From IMG/VR virus record IMGVR_UViG_3300021961_000042, positions 32,001-96,000 of that record: 64,000 bases of DNA; one strand, written 5' to 3'. The notes under the pieces are model-generated. The model did no database searches and was not told where the DNA came from. It worked only from the letters and a program-made list of their open reading frames with translations. Both the position numbers and the translations under genes were made by a program. The stretch comes from a virus. Below, piece after piece: positions 1 to 10,900 of this stretch. Positions within the stretch are counted from its first letter, which is position 1. Every line of letters begins with the position of its first letter.

Positions 1-342
1 GAAGAACTCCTAAAAGAACAAAAAGATAATACCGCTTTAAAAAATTTACTGACGGGTAAAACAAAAGAAGGTATTTTTGGTGACGAGTTTTTTGAAATCA
101 ATAAAAAGATTGTGGATTTATCGGAACCACTAATTAGTGAAGAAGGAAAAGAATTAGTACACTCTTATTACTCTGAGTCATTGGATCCTGACGGAAGAGG
201 ATATAAAAATCTAATTCGAATGATGATGGAGGACGGATTATTTAAATACCTACCAAAAGGGGATGAACAGTGGGTATATTTTTTAAAACCATTTTTAAAG
301 TTAACAAGAAAAGAAAAAACAAAGTTTAAAACAAAAAAGTAA
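1..342 (+). CDS. C-terminal part of a probable 5'-3' exonuclease / T4 RNase H-like protein (runs in from upstream of the window)
   Basis: Frame is open from base 1 (EELLKEQKDNTALKNLL...FEINKKIVDLSEPLI). The N-x-x-(L/I)-(V/I)-D-L motif resembles the end of phage RNase H / flap nucleases; it precedes the helicase. Confidence 0.5.
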   Translation, partial: EELLKEQKDNTALKNLLTGKTKEGIFGDEFFEINKKIVDLSEPLISEEGKELVHSYYSESLDPDGRGYKNLIRMMMEDGLFKYLPKGDEQWVYFLKPFLKLTRKEKTKFKTKK

Positions 343-346
343 AATT

Positions 347-799
347 ATGAAAGAGCAGAATGATGTAACAAAGGTTGAGTTTCTAATTACACTTAACAAC
401 AATTTTGTGGTACAAAGATTCTTTAATGTAAAAGGATATCATGAAAAGGCTGAAAGTTCAGTTGAATTGTATGAGTACATTAAGTATCTATCTGAGTCAC
501 TTCAAACAAAATTGAGAAACAAGTGTATGGTATATATGTTAGACAACAGATACCAAATTGAAGAAGACCCAAGCGTTTTAGAAACATCAAACACAGATGG
601 ACCTGAGATATTTAACATAATCTTAAAGGTCGGAAATAAGACAATTTGTCATAGAGTAATTGACGCGAAACTATACCCACCAAAGGTAAGATATACCCTT
701 GACATACGACCAGACATAAAAAACATTTTAAGAGAATTAACTGACATTTTATCAGATAAAAATTTATCTTATCAGTACCTTAATTATTCGTTCGCTTAA
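347..799 (+). CDS. hypothetical protein (150 aa)
   Basis: Clean ORF packed between neighbours; no recognised motif. Confidence 0.75.
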   Translation: MKEQNDVTKVEFLITLNNNFVVQRFFNVKGYHEKAESSVELYEYIKYLSESLQTKLRNKCMVYMLDNRYQIEEDPSVLETSNTDGPEIFNIILKVGNKTICHRVIDAKLYPPKVRYTLDIRPDIKNILRELTDILSDKNLSYQYLNYSFA

Positions 800-837
800 C
801 TATATTTATCTAAAACAAGGAACAAAATCTATATAAT

Positions 838-2220
838 ATGTCAGACAAAAAAAACTTCGGATACTTAGGAAATACTTTTCAAATTCAGTTATTAAATAAC
901 ATTATCACTTACAAAGATTTCTCTAATTCCATAATAGAAGTTATTGATCCTCATTATTTTGATAACCAATATTTCAAGATTATTTGTCAAATGATTAAGG
1001 AATATTATTCAAATTATGAGCATACACCGACATTTAATACCCTTGAACAATTAACTAAGTCAGAAATCAGTTCACCGATGGCTCAAAAGAGCGTTTTAGA
1101 TACGTTAGAACAGGTTAAGAACGTTTCAGATGAAGGTTCAATATATGTTCAAGAAAAGTCCCTTAAATTCTGTAAACAACAAGAGCTCCAAAAAGTAATG
1201 ACCAAGGCTCAATCAATCATCGATAAAGGTGATTTCGAGAGTTATGATAAGTTAGAAGAAATGGTAAGGGGAGCACTTCAAGTTGGTGAAGTTGATAAGG
1301 GAACTACTGATGTATTTTTTAACCTTGATGAGGTATTGGATGACGACTATAGACACCCAATTCCAATTGGAGTACCTGGCATAGATAACCTATTAAAAGG
1401 TGGTCTTGCTAAAGGTGAAATTGGTGTAATTTTAGCACCTACTGGTGTTGGTAAATCCACATTTACAACTAAAATTGCTAACCACGCATTTAACTTAGGG
1501 TATAATGTTCTTCAGATATTTTTTGAAGACAACCCAAAAATTATCCAAAGAAAACACTTTACACTTTGGACAGGAATACACCCTGACGACCTTTCTGAAA
1601 ATAGAAAAGAAGTAATGGAAAGAGTACAAGAAATTCAATCATCTAGAAAAAACAAATTGATATTGAAAAAATTACCTTCCGATACTGTATCTATGAATCA
1701 AATCAAAAATCAAGTAAGAAAAATGATGGCTGAAGGTACAAAAGTAGATATGATTATTTTAGATTATATTGACTGTGTAGTTCCTGACAAAGTATTAGGT
1801 GATGAATGGAAAAGTGAAGGATCGGTAATGCGAGGATTTGAGGCAATGTGTCACGAGTTGGATATCGCAGGATGGACAGCAACACAAGGTAACAGAAATT
1901 CAATATCATCAGAGGTTGTTACAACAGATCAAATGGGTGGATCTATTAAAAAAGCACAAGTTGGTCACGTTATTATTACAGTTGCAAAATCATTACAACA
2001 AAAAGAAATGAACTTGGCAACAATAGCAATCACTAAATCAAGGATCGGTAAAGATGGAATTATATTTGAGAACTGTAAGTTTGACAATGGTATGTTAGAA
2101 ATAGATACAGAACAAAGTGTAACATTCCTTGGCCACGAGGAACAAAAAGAAGAAAAGAATAGGAACAGAATTAAGGAACTGTTAGAAAGAAAAAAACAAA
2201 AAGAACAACAAGAATCTTAA
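838..2220 (+). CDS. replicative DNA helicase (DnaB / T4 gp41-like)
   Basis: Walker A APTGVGKS, Walker B IILDYID, TATQGNR, KSRIG arginine-finger region. Confidence 0.93.
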   Translation: MSDKKNFGYLGNTFQIQLLNNIITYKDFSNSIIEVIDPHYFDNQYFKIICQMIKEYYSNYEHTPTFNTLEQLTKSEISSPMAQKSVLDTLEQVKNVSDEGSIYVQEKSLKFCKQQELQKVMTKAQSIIDKGDFESYDKLEEMVRGALQVGEVDKGTTDVFFNLDEVLDDDYRHPIPIGVPGIDNLLKGGLAKGEIGVILAPTGVGKSTFTTKIANHAFNLGYNVLQIFFEDNPKIIQRKHFTLWTGIHPDDLSENRKEVMERVQEIQSSRKNKLILKKLPSDTVSMNQIKNQVRKMMAEGTKVDMIILDYIDCVVPDKVLGDEWKSEGSVMRGFEAMCHELDIAGWTATQGNRNSISSEVVTTDQMGGSIKKAQVGHVIITVAKSLQQKEMNLATIAITKSRIGKDGIIFENCKFDNGMLEIDTEQSVTFLGHEEQKEEKNRNRIKELLERKKQKEQQES

Positions 2221-2244
2221 AATAAATTATTAAATTTGTAAAAA

Positions 2245-4104
2245 ATGGATATTTCGCAAAAAATATTAAGTGACATTACTGTCTTTATGAAATACGCTAA
2301 GTTTCAACCTGAATTAAACAGGAGAGAGACTTGGGAAGAGTTGGTTACTCGTAACAAAGAAATGCACCAAAGAAAGTACCCTCACATCAAAGATGAGATA
2401 GAAGAGGTATATAAAATGGTGTACGACAAGAAAGTTTTACCATCTATGAGATCATTACAATTTGGTGGAAAACCAATTGAAATCTCACCAAACAGAGTCT
2501 ACAATTGTGCATACATGCCAATTGATCACGTAGATGCATTTTCTGAAACAATGTTTTTACTTTTAGGTGGAACAGGAGTTGGATACTCAGTTCAAAAACA
2601 CCACGTTGAAAAACTACCAGAAATAAAAAAACCAAATGCCGAAAGAACAAGACGCTACCTTATTGGTGACTCTATTGAAGGATGGGCAGATGCCATTAAA
2701 GTATTAATGGAATCATATTTAGGTTACAAATCATCAACACCTGTATTTGATTTTTCAGATATTAGACAAAAAGGTGCAATGCTTGTGACATCAGGAGGTA
2801 AGGCTCCTGGACCTCAACCACTAAAAGATTGTATCCACCACATTACAAAAGTTTTGGATAACAAAAAAGATGGTGAAAGACTATCACCTATTGAAACTCA
2901 TGATATTGTTTGTCACATTGCAGATGCCGTTTTAGCTGGTGGTATCAGAAGGGCGGCACTTATCTCTTTATTTAGTGCTGATGATGAAGAAATGATTTCT
3001 TGTAAGTCAGGAAGTTGGTGGGAACAAAACGCACAAAGAGGTAGAGCAAATAACTCAGCAGTACTTCTTCGTCACAAAATCACAAAAGAATTCTTTATGG
3101 ATTTGTGGAAACGTATTGAATTATCAGGGGCAGGTGAACCAGGAATTTATCTATCAAACGACAAAGATTGGGGAACAAATCCATGTTGTGAAATCGCACT
3201 ACGACCCTTCCAATTCTGTAACTTATGTGAGGTAAATGCTTCTGACATAGAATCACAAGAAGACTTTGATAAAAGAGTTAGAGCTGCAGCTTTTATTGGA
3301 ACATTACAAGCAGGTTACACTGACTTCCATTATCTAAGAGATATTTGGAAAAGAACGACTGAAAAAGATGCTCTTATTGGTGTTGGTATGACAGGTATCG
3401 GTTCAGGTGTTGTTTTAGGTTATGATATGAAAAAAGCAGCTAAAGCAGTTAAAGAAGAAAACGAAAGAGTAGCTGCGTTGATTAAAATTAACAAATCTGC
3501 AAGAACTACTACGGTTAAACCATCAGGAACATCATCTTTAGTGTTAGGAACATCATCAGGAATTCACGCTTGGCATAATGACTACTATTTAAGAAGAATC
3601 CGTGTTGGGAAAAATGAATCAATATATTCTTACTTAGCAATTAATCACCCTGAGTTGATTGAAGATGAATATTTTAGACCACACGATACTGCGGTAATTA
3701 CTATTCCACAAAGAGCACCTGAAGGTTCTATTGTTAGACATGAATCGGTATTTCAGATGTTAGAAAGAGTTAAAAAAGTTTCACAAGAATGGATTAAACC
3801 TGGACATAGAAACGGACAAAATACTCACAACGTATCTGCTACAGTTTCAATTAAAGAAGATGAGTGGGAATTAGTTGGTGATTGGATGTGGAATAATAGA
3901 GATTTCTATAACGGACTTTCTGTTTTACCATACAACGGAGGAACATATACTCAAGCACCTTTTGAAGATTGTACAAAAGAAGATTTTGAAAGATTAGTTA
4001 AATCATTAACAGATGTTGATCTTACAAAAGTAATTGAGTTACAAGATAACACCGACCTTAGAGGTGAAGCCGCTTGTGCAGGTGGGGCTTGTGAAATCGT
4101 GTAA
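2245..4104 (+). CDS. nrdJ: class II (adenosylcobalamin-dependent) ribonucleotide reductase
   Basis: LPSMRSLQFGG, YNCAY, GGIRRAALI, TNPCCEI (radical Cys), VKPSGT, C-terminal ACAGGACEIV; no small-subunit gene adjacent. Confidence 0.92.
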   Translation: MDISQKILSDITVFMKYAKFQPELNRRETWEELVTRNKEMHQRKYPHIKDEIEEVYKMVYDKKVLPSMRSLQFGGKPIEISPNRVYNCAYMPIDHVDAFSETMFLLLGGTGVGYSVQKHHVEKLPEIKKPNAERTRRYLIGDSIEGWADAIKVLMESYLGYKSSTPVFDFSDIRQKGAMLVTSGGKAPGPQPLKDCIHHITKVLDNKKDGERLSPIETHDIVCHIADAVLAGGIRRAALISLFSADDEEMISCKSGSWWEQNAQRGRANNSAVLLRHKITKEFFMDLWKRIELSGAGEPGIYLSNDKDWGTNPCCEIALRPFQFCNLCEVNASDIESQEDFDKRVRAAAFIGTLQAGYTDFHYLRDIWKRTTEKDALIGVGMTGIGSGVVLGYDMKKAAKAVKEENERVAALIKINKSARTTTVKPSGTSSLVLGTSSGIHAWHNDYYLRRIRVGKNESIYSYLAINHPELIEDEYFRPHDTAVITIPQRAPEGSIVRHESVFQMLERVKKVSQEWIKPGHRNGQNTHNVSATVSIKEDEWELVGDWMWNNRDFYNGLSVLPYNGGTYTQAPFEDCTKEDFERLVKSLTDVDLTKVIELQDNTDLRGEAACAGGACEIV

Positions 4105-4106
4105 TC

Positions 4107-4187
4107 ATGAAAGTACAATGGGGTAATAATATAACGCTAACATACCAAGTTTTGTTAGCGTTTTATAATCTTAGAAAGAATAATTAA
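4107..4187 (+). CDS. possible 26-aa micro-ORF (MKVQWGNNITLTYQVLLAFYNLRKNN), overlapping a hairpin at 4133-4162
   Basis: Translated by hand; fills the gap between nrdJ and the next gene almost exactly. Contains inverted repeat aacgctaaca/tgttagcgtt. Confidence 0.35.
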   Translation: MKVQWGNNITLTYQVLLAFYNLRKNN

Positions 4188-4188
4188 A

Positions 4189-4419
4189 ATGAATGTCGGA
4201 GCATCAAAAGATTGGGTACAACAATTATATGTAAGAGAGTTTGGACCAAAATTACAACCAACAGATTTTTATTGGAGTGATGGTAAAATGGTCATGACAG
4301 AAGAATACCACAAAAGAAGAGGTAGGTGTTGCGGTAATGGTTGTTTACATTGTCCATACGAACCAAGACACGAAAGAGGAAATACAAATCTACAAGAAAA
4401 ATCACTGAGTAATCGGTGA
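4189..4419 (+). CDS. small Cys-rich protein (DUF5522-like)
   Basis: H-x-x-RG-x-CCGNGCLHCPY motif. Confidence 0.7.
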   Translation: MNVGASKDWVQQLYVREFGPKLQPTDFYWSDGKMVMTEEYHKRRGRCCGNGCLHCPYEPRHERGNTNLQEKSLSNR

Positions 4420-4424
4420 TTTTT
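4397..4424 (+). terminator. intrinsic terminator
   Basis: aaaatcactga-gtaa-tcggtgatttt: stem with one G-U pair, GNRA loop, ending in a T run. Confidence 0.75.
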
Positions 4425-4459
4425 ATATATATATAAATATATATATATTTATTGTATGT

Positions 4460-5542
4460 ATGAAAAAATTATTTATAAGTGAAAATGAAAAAAAAAATAT
4501 ACTTGAAATGTATGTTAAATTTAACAAACAAAAGGTATTATTAGAAGGGTTAGATTTTTCTAAACCATTAATAACTCTAAATAAAACAAATTCTAAAGAT
4601 AACCCTAACGAGTATATAGTTAACGGTTTCATAAGTTTTGATGTTACAAAAAGTGAAATCACTATTAATAAAGCTATACAAAAAATTAAAGAGGATTTAG
4701 ACAAGCAGGAGTTAGAAATAACTAACTTGTTAAATGTTACAGTTTATGGAGGTGCTAGTAATTATGTTGACGGACCGATGAATGCCGATTATAAAAATAC
4801 AGATGCGAATGATCCTTTCAAAATAGAAAAAGTTACAAATAAATACGAAGGGCTATCAGGTGAAAAAAACAAAGAAAAAAATTTAGAGTATGCAAAAAAT
4901 AGGGCAAATTCTTTAAAAGATGTTTTAATTAAAGAATTTCCATCTAGTAATGTTATAGTACAAACGTATTCTAGAATCATGGATACGGGTGGTAAAATAG
5001 ACGAAAAAAGAGATACTAAATTATACCCAATACCTGGACAACAAGCAACATTCAAAATAAAATTCAATACTAAAAAAAAAGAAAAACAAATCCCCCCTTT
5101 TGATGCTAATGAAAAATTTAAACAAACAGAATCAAATAGAACTAGTATGGATTCATCATACTATGGATCTAAAACTGTAAAAATAAATAATACTAATATA
5201 TTAATGTGTAAAATTTTGACAAATAATGACACATTAGGATTAAAAACAGATTTATCTGACATTGGGTTAAACCCATTCCAAGCTGAAATTAAATTTGATA
5301 AAACAATAAACAAATATAGGATAACTAATAAATCAGGAAAACAATTTACTAAAATGCAATGGGTTTGGATTTATTGGTATTTAATTAATGAAGAAAACGC
5401 TAATATGAATTGTAAGGCTTTAGATTATGTTGTTTTACCTTCATGGATCAAAACAATTAGTTTGGATAAGGTTACATTTGGTGCTATGAGTAAAGAATAT
5501 GAGTTTGTTCACGATAAAACAAAACACAATTTAGTAAAATAG
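4460..5542 (+). CDS. hypothetical protein with N-terminal leader and OmpA-C-like segment
   Basis: Leader MKKLFISENEKKNILEMY; VTVYGGASN...NLEYAKNRANSLKDVL resembles the OmpA-like N-x2-L-x3-RA signature; TATTTAT at 4446. Confidence 0.55.
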   Translation: MKKLFISENEKKNILEMYVKFNKQKVLLEGLDFSKPLITLNKTNSKDNPNEYIVNGFISFDVTKSEITINKAIQKIKEDLDKQELEITNLLNVTVYGGASNYVDGPMNADYKNTDANDPFKIEKVTNKYEGLSGEKNKEKNLEYAKNRANSLKDVLIKEFPSSNVIVQTYSRIMDTGGKIDEKRDTKLYPIPGQQATFKIKFNTKKKEKQIPPFDANEKFKQTESNRTSMDSSYYGSKTVKINNTNILMCKILTNNDTLGLKTDLSDIGLNPFQAEIKFDKTINKYRITNKSGKQFTKMQWVWIYWYLINEENANMNCKALDYVVLPSWIKTISLDKVTFGAMSKEYEFVHDKTKHNLVK

Positions 5543-5587
5543 TTTTTACCATATAATGCAAATTATGTTTTGTTATATTTATTATAT

Positions 5588-6049
5588 ATGGCAAATGGTA
5601 TAACATACGGTATAAATTTTCCTTTTAGACAAAGTATAACAGGAAAATATCTTTCATTATCAGAACAAACGGATGAGGAAATAAGAAGTAATTTGATTCA
5701 TTTATTATTAACAAGAAAAGGTTATAGGTATTACCTACCTGATTTTGGTACTAGACTCTATGAATATATTTTTGAACCACTTGACGGGGAAACATTTGAA
5801 GCAATTAAAAATGAAATACAACAAAGTGTTTCTGAATACATTCCAAATTTAACTATACAAAATATATCAATAGAACCGTATATTAAAGATGAAAATAGTA
5901 TCGAAAGAATTGAATCACAAGAATTTAACGACGAGATTTATAGATTACCTGGTGCTAATACCGAAGAATACACGGCAAAAGTTAAAATAGAGTATACAAA
6001 TGAAAGTAACCCATTTGGTTCTAGAGAATTTGTAATAATTAATATTTAA
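5588..6049 (+). CDS. baseplate wedge protein, T4 gp25-like
   Basis: IRSNLIHLLLTRKGYRYYLPDFGTRLYEYIFEP; ATG 5588 lies just after TATTTAT. Confidence 0.9.
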   Translation: MANGITYGINFPFRQSITGKYLSLSEQTDEEIRSNLIHLLLTRKGYRYYLPDFGTRLYEYIFEPLDGETFEAIKNEIQQSVSEYIPNLTIQNISIEPYIKDENSIERIESQEFNDEIYRLPGANTEEYTAKVKIEYTNESNPFGSREFVIINI

Positions 6050-6055
6050 TGTTAT

Positions 6056-7894
6056 ATGGCAAATAATAAAATTTCATACACAAATAGAGATTTTGTAAGT
6101 TTAAGAGAAGACTTATTAAATTATACACAACAATATTACCCTGAATTAATACAAAATTTTAATGACGCTTCTCTTTTTTCTGTGTTCATGGATTTAAATG
6201 CCGCTATAGGTGATAATTTACATTACCATATCGATAGAAGTGTTCAAGAAACAGTATTACAGTTTGCACAACAAAGATCTTCAGTATTTAATATCGCTAG
6301 AACCTACGGGCTTAAAATACCGGGATATAGACCATCTGTTGCGATTGTTAATATTTCTATTACTGTCCCACCATTTGGGGACGCACCCGATTCAAGATAT
6401 TTAGGCATATTAAGAGCAGGGTCACAATTTCAAGGAGGAGGTCAGATTTTTGAATTAGTTAATGACGTTGATTTTTCAACACAATTTAATAATGAAGGTT
6501 TTATTAATAGAACGGTTAGGCCAACATTTGATCAGAATAACACTATAATTAATTACGTAATAACAAAACAAGAGGTTGTTGTAAATGGGGCAACAAAAGT
6601 TTTTAAAAAAGTTATTAATCCACAAGACGTGGTTCCTTTTTTTAGTTTCTTTTTACCTGAAAGGAACGTTTTAGGGGTTACCTCAATAATACAAAAAGAC
6701 GGAACCCAATACCAAACAACACCAACATTTTCTGAGTTTTCAACATCAACAAATAAATGGTATGAGGTAGACTCATTAGTTGAAGATACCATTTTTGTTG
6801 AAGACCCAACAAAACCAACAGATAATGCCGGAGTAAAAGTAGGGAAATATATAAAAACTCAAAATAGATTTATAAGCGAATATACGCCTGAAGGGTTTTT
6901 AAAGTTACAATTTGGTGGAGGAACAACAACACCTGAACAACAATTAAACAATTTTACAAATACAGGTATAAAATTAAACTTAGCAAATTACCAAAATAAT
7001 ATTGGATTAGGTTTAACGGTAATACCAAACACAACATTATTTATACAATATAGAATCGGTGGAGGTCTTTCTTCAAATATAGGGGTAGGGGCAATAAATC
7101 AATTAGGTCAAATTGATTTTAGTGTTAATGGGCCATCACAACAAATTAATACAAATGTTCTACAATCATTAACCGTAAATAATGTTACTGCGGCGATAGG
7201 CGGCGCTAATCAACCCAGTGTTAATGAAGTAAGAAACATGGTTTCATTTAATTTTGCGGCACAAAGAAGAGCGGTCACAATTAATGATTATAAATCTCTT
7301 ATAGAAACTATGCCTGGAAAATTTGGTGCACCTGCAAAGGTTCAAATAAGTGAATTTAATAATAAAATATCTGTTAAAGTTTTATCATACGACGTTTCAG
7401 GCGCATTAACACAAACAGTATCAAATAATTTAATTTCAAATTTAGCGACATACCTATCAAGATATAGGATGATTAATGATTATATTTCTGTAGAAGTGGC
7501 GAAAGTTATTGATTTAGAGTTTGAATTTTTTGTAGTTTTGGATTCGCCAGGTAGCCAATCTCAAGTAATAACTGAAATTATTAATACTACTTCAAACTTT
7601 ATGAATCCAGCAAATAGAGATTTGGGACAGAATGTTAATATATCCGATCTTAATAAACAAATACAAGATATTGCAGGTGTTAATACATTAAGTGAAGTTA
7701 AAGTATATAATAAAGTTGGTGGTCAATATTCATCATCAGAAACATCACAGTCTTACGAAAATACAACAACAAAACAGATACGATTAATTAATAATACGAT
7801 ATTTGCCGAACCCGATCAAATATATCAAATAAGATTCCCAAATAAGGACATTAAAGTAAGTGTCTTAAATCTAAGTACCGTTGACTTCGGTTAA
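6056..7894 (+). CDS. baseplate wedge protein, T4 gp6 / baseplate J-like
   Basis: YTNRDFVSLREDL, AQQRSSVFNIARTYG, FGGG, AQRRAVTINDYKSL; follows the gp25-like gene. Confidence 0.88.
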   Translation: MANNKISYTNRDFVSLREDLLNYTQQYYPELIQNFNDASLFSVFMDLNAAIGDNLHYHIDRSVQETVLQFAQQRSSVFNIARTYGLKIPGYRPSVAIVNISITVPPFGDAPDSRYLGILRAGSQFQGGGQIFELVNDVDFSTQFNNEGFINRTVRPTFDQNNTIINYVITKQEVVVNGATKVFKKVINPQDVVPFFSFFLPERNVLGVTSIIQKDGTQYQTTPTFSEFSTSTNKWYEVDSLVEDTIFVEDPTKPTDNAGVKVGKYIKTQNRFISEYTPEGFLKLQFGGGTTTPEQQLNNFTNTGIKLNLANYQNNIGLGLTVIPNTTLFIQYRIGGGLSSNIGVGAINQLGQIDFSVNGPSQQINTNVLQSLTVNNVTAAIGGANQPSVNEVRNMVSFNFAAQRRAVTINDYKSLIETMPGKFGAPAKVQISEFNNKISVKVLSYDVSGALTQTVSNNLISNLATYLSRYRMINDYISVEVAKVIDLEFEFFVVLDSPGSQSQVITEIINTTSNFMNPANRDLGQNVNISDLNKQIQDIAGVNTLSEVKVYNKVGGQYSSSETSQSYENTTTKQIRLINNTIFAEPDQIYQIRFPNKDIKVSVLNLSTVDFG

Positions 7895-7964
7895 ATTATT
7901 TATTTTGATAAGTTATGACTTATCTTAAAATTGATAAAATAACTATTTATCAACAAAGGTAATA

Positions 7965-10900
7965 ATGGGAAAAAGCTATAGATTCAGAACCACACCAGGG
8001 AAAGATAAAAATATAAGAATGAATATCGAACAAGATTTTGATTTCATTGAGATTTTATCTTTAAAACTAAAACAATCAGATGTTTATACAAGATTTTGTG
8101 CTGATTACGGTGTAGTAACAGGTAGAGTTGTGGCTAACGGTGGTTATGGCGTACCTAATGTTGCTGTTTCTGTTTTTGTCCCATTAACCCAAGAAGACGA
8201 GAACGATGTTGTAATATCAGCACTTTACCCATATAAAAGAGTTGATCAAAAAAATGAGGATGGATATAGATATAATCTTTTACCTTACGAAAAAGAATAT
8301 GGTGGACATACACCGACAGGTACTTTTCCTAGTAGAGAAGATGTGTTAACAAGACAAGAAGTATTAGAGGTATATGAAAAATATTACAAATATACTGTAA
8401 GAACTAACGATAGTGGAGATTTTATGATTGTTGGAGTTCCTTTGGGTATTCAAACTGTTATAATGGACATGGACATATCCAACATAGGGTGCTTCTCTCA
8501 AAGACCATCAGATTTGATTAGAATGGGTATGGGTGTTGAATCACAATTTGCCGGAACACAATTTAGATCATCTTCAGACTTAGATTCACTTCCTCAAATA
8601 ATCAACTCAAAAAAAGATGTTGACGTTGCTTCTTTTTGGGGTGAAGGTGATATATGTAATGTAGGTATAACAAGAGTAGATTTTGATTTAAGAGATTTAG
8701 GGATTGTAATTGAACCACAAGCAATTTTTATGGGATCATTATTTTCGGCAACTGAAGATGATGCCTTAGGTATAAATTGTAAACCTAAATTTGATACTGG
8801 TAATCTTTGTGATTTAGTAACAGGACCCGCTAAAATTTTAGCAATTAGACAAACAATTGAAAATGATAGTAATGGACTACCTGTATTAGAACAGCACCAA
8901 TTACCTGAAGGTGGTAATGTAGTTGATGATAATGGTACTTGGTTAGTTGAGCTACCTATGAATTTAGATTTTGTTTCTACAAATGAATTTGGAGAACAAG
9001 TATTATCAAACGACCCAACAGTCGGTATTCCAACAAAGGCAAAATATAGATTCAGAGTTCAGTATCAAAATGAAGGTGGAGTAAATGACGATGTAATAAG
9101 GCCTGATTATTTAATACCAAATATTAAAGAGTATGGTTGGAATTTATTTCCTGAACAAAAACCAGCAAACGACTTATTACAAAAACAAAGTTATGCGTTT
9201 AGTTTAGATTGGAACGAATATGGAGACACAGGAACAACAATAGGAAATCAAATGATTCAAGAAGCAATCAATTGTGAAGATAGGTTTTTTGAGTTTAATT
9301 TTAATAGAGTTTATACAATATCTGCTTTTTTAGATAGGTGGAAATGGGGTTTCAATAGAAGTAGACATTTAGGTATTAAAGAAATTACTGACAGGTCATG
9401 TACAACGACAACGAATAGATTTCCTGTAAATGATGGTGTTAGAAATTTTGATAGTTTATTTTTTGTATTCAATTTACTAATAACATTATTTACGGTTGTA
9501 TTTCCAATCATAATTATTATATGGCATTTTGTAGCTAGATTTTATCCAATAATAAGAAAAATATTAAATTTAATATTTGATATATTATTTGTTATCATAA
9601 TTGGAATTTGTAATGCATTAAATTGGGTTAGAAGAAAATTTAATTTAAGTGAATTAAATTGTCCTGATAGTAACCCAATTAGATTAGATGATAGGACATT
9701 TCCTAGATTATCATTACCTATGATGGGTTATCCTGATTGTGAGGCGTGTACTTGTGAAACATATGAAATGGCGCAGGATTTAAGCGACCCAATATATGCG
9801 GTTGAAAGAATAAATTATAGCGTTTTAATTGATAGTAATAGTGCTGGTGAATATACTTGGACAGAACTACAAGAATATCAAAAATTAATATCACCTGCAT
9901 ACTGTAATACATTTGATACTTGTGAAATTGACGAACAATCATTCTTTTTTGGAATAAACCAAGGATTTGCCGGATATAGTGGACCATATACACAATTATC
10001 AAAAACAAATGTAGTTGTTTGGCCAAAACAAGATAGTAGAGTCGGGGCTTTAGGTTATACACCAAATTGGTCACACATTTTAAATAAATTAAATTCAAGA
10101 GGTGCTTATTTTGAAAACGGTACTTTTATAAAAACCACCGTGAAAAATATAAATCCTCAAACAAACGTAGAACAACCATCAGAACCATTTTTAGACCTAC
10201 CATTAATATTAATTTGTGATGAAGGGACTTTACAACAACTAGGGGGTGCGGGACAGTTATTGACTTTTACAGATATTACAAAAATAAATGACCCAAATTT
10301 AACAGGAGCAACATTAAATCAATTTGGTACTTTAGGAGTTACTGGAACAACCTCAAATAATCAAAGTAATTTAATAACAATAAATGAAAGTTTTATAACA
10401 CCAGGTCTACAACTTTCAGCAGCAACCCTTCACCTCAAATTAACAGAACAAACTAAAGATTACAAGTTTCCTGCTGGTGTCGAATACTTTCAAATAATAA
10501 CAGGAGGAACCTTAAATCAATTTGAACAAATAGCAGATATATACTCACAGTATGGGGTATTAAGAAATTTTGTTTATGAAACAGGGATTAAATTTAGATG
10601 GGGTAATGGGTATTTCACTGCAGAAGATTGGGGTGGAAGGTTCAGTAACCAAGTGACATCAATAGACGTTGATTTAAATAATAATATAATAGTTGGAGGT
10701 CAATTTGAATATTACTCACAATCCACAACAAACTTCAATAATGGAAACTTAACGTCAGGTATAGTAAAACTAAGTAATAGTGATGGAAGTGTAGACGCCG
10801 ATTTTGGTAACGGATCGGGGTACGGTAGCTACGATAGTGGGTTTGGTACAGGTGTGGTTATGGCACTTGAAACCCAAAGTGATGGTAAAGTTGTTGTTGG

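Noticed and set aside
838-4104. Inteins or introns in helicase or RNR
   Set aside because: Lengths and motif spacing are normal; no splice motifs seen.
4425-4450. (TA)n run as a functional repeat
   Set aside because: Low-complexity spacer between a terminator and a TATTTAT motif; nothing further supports a function.
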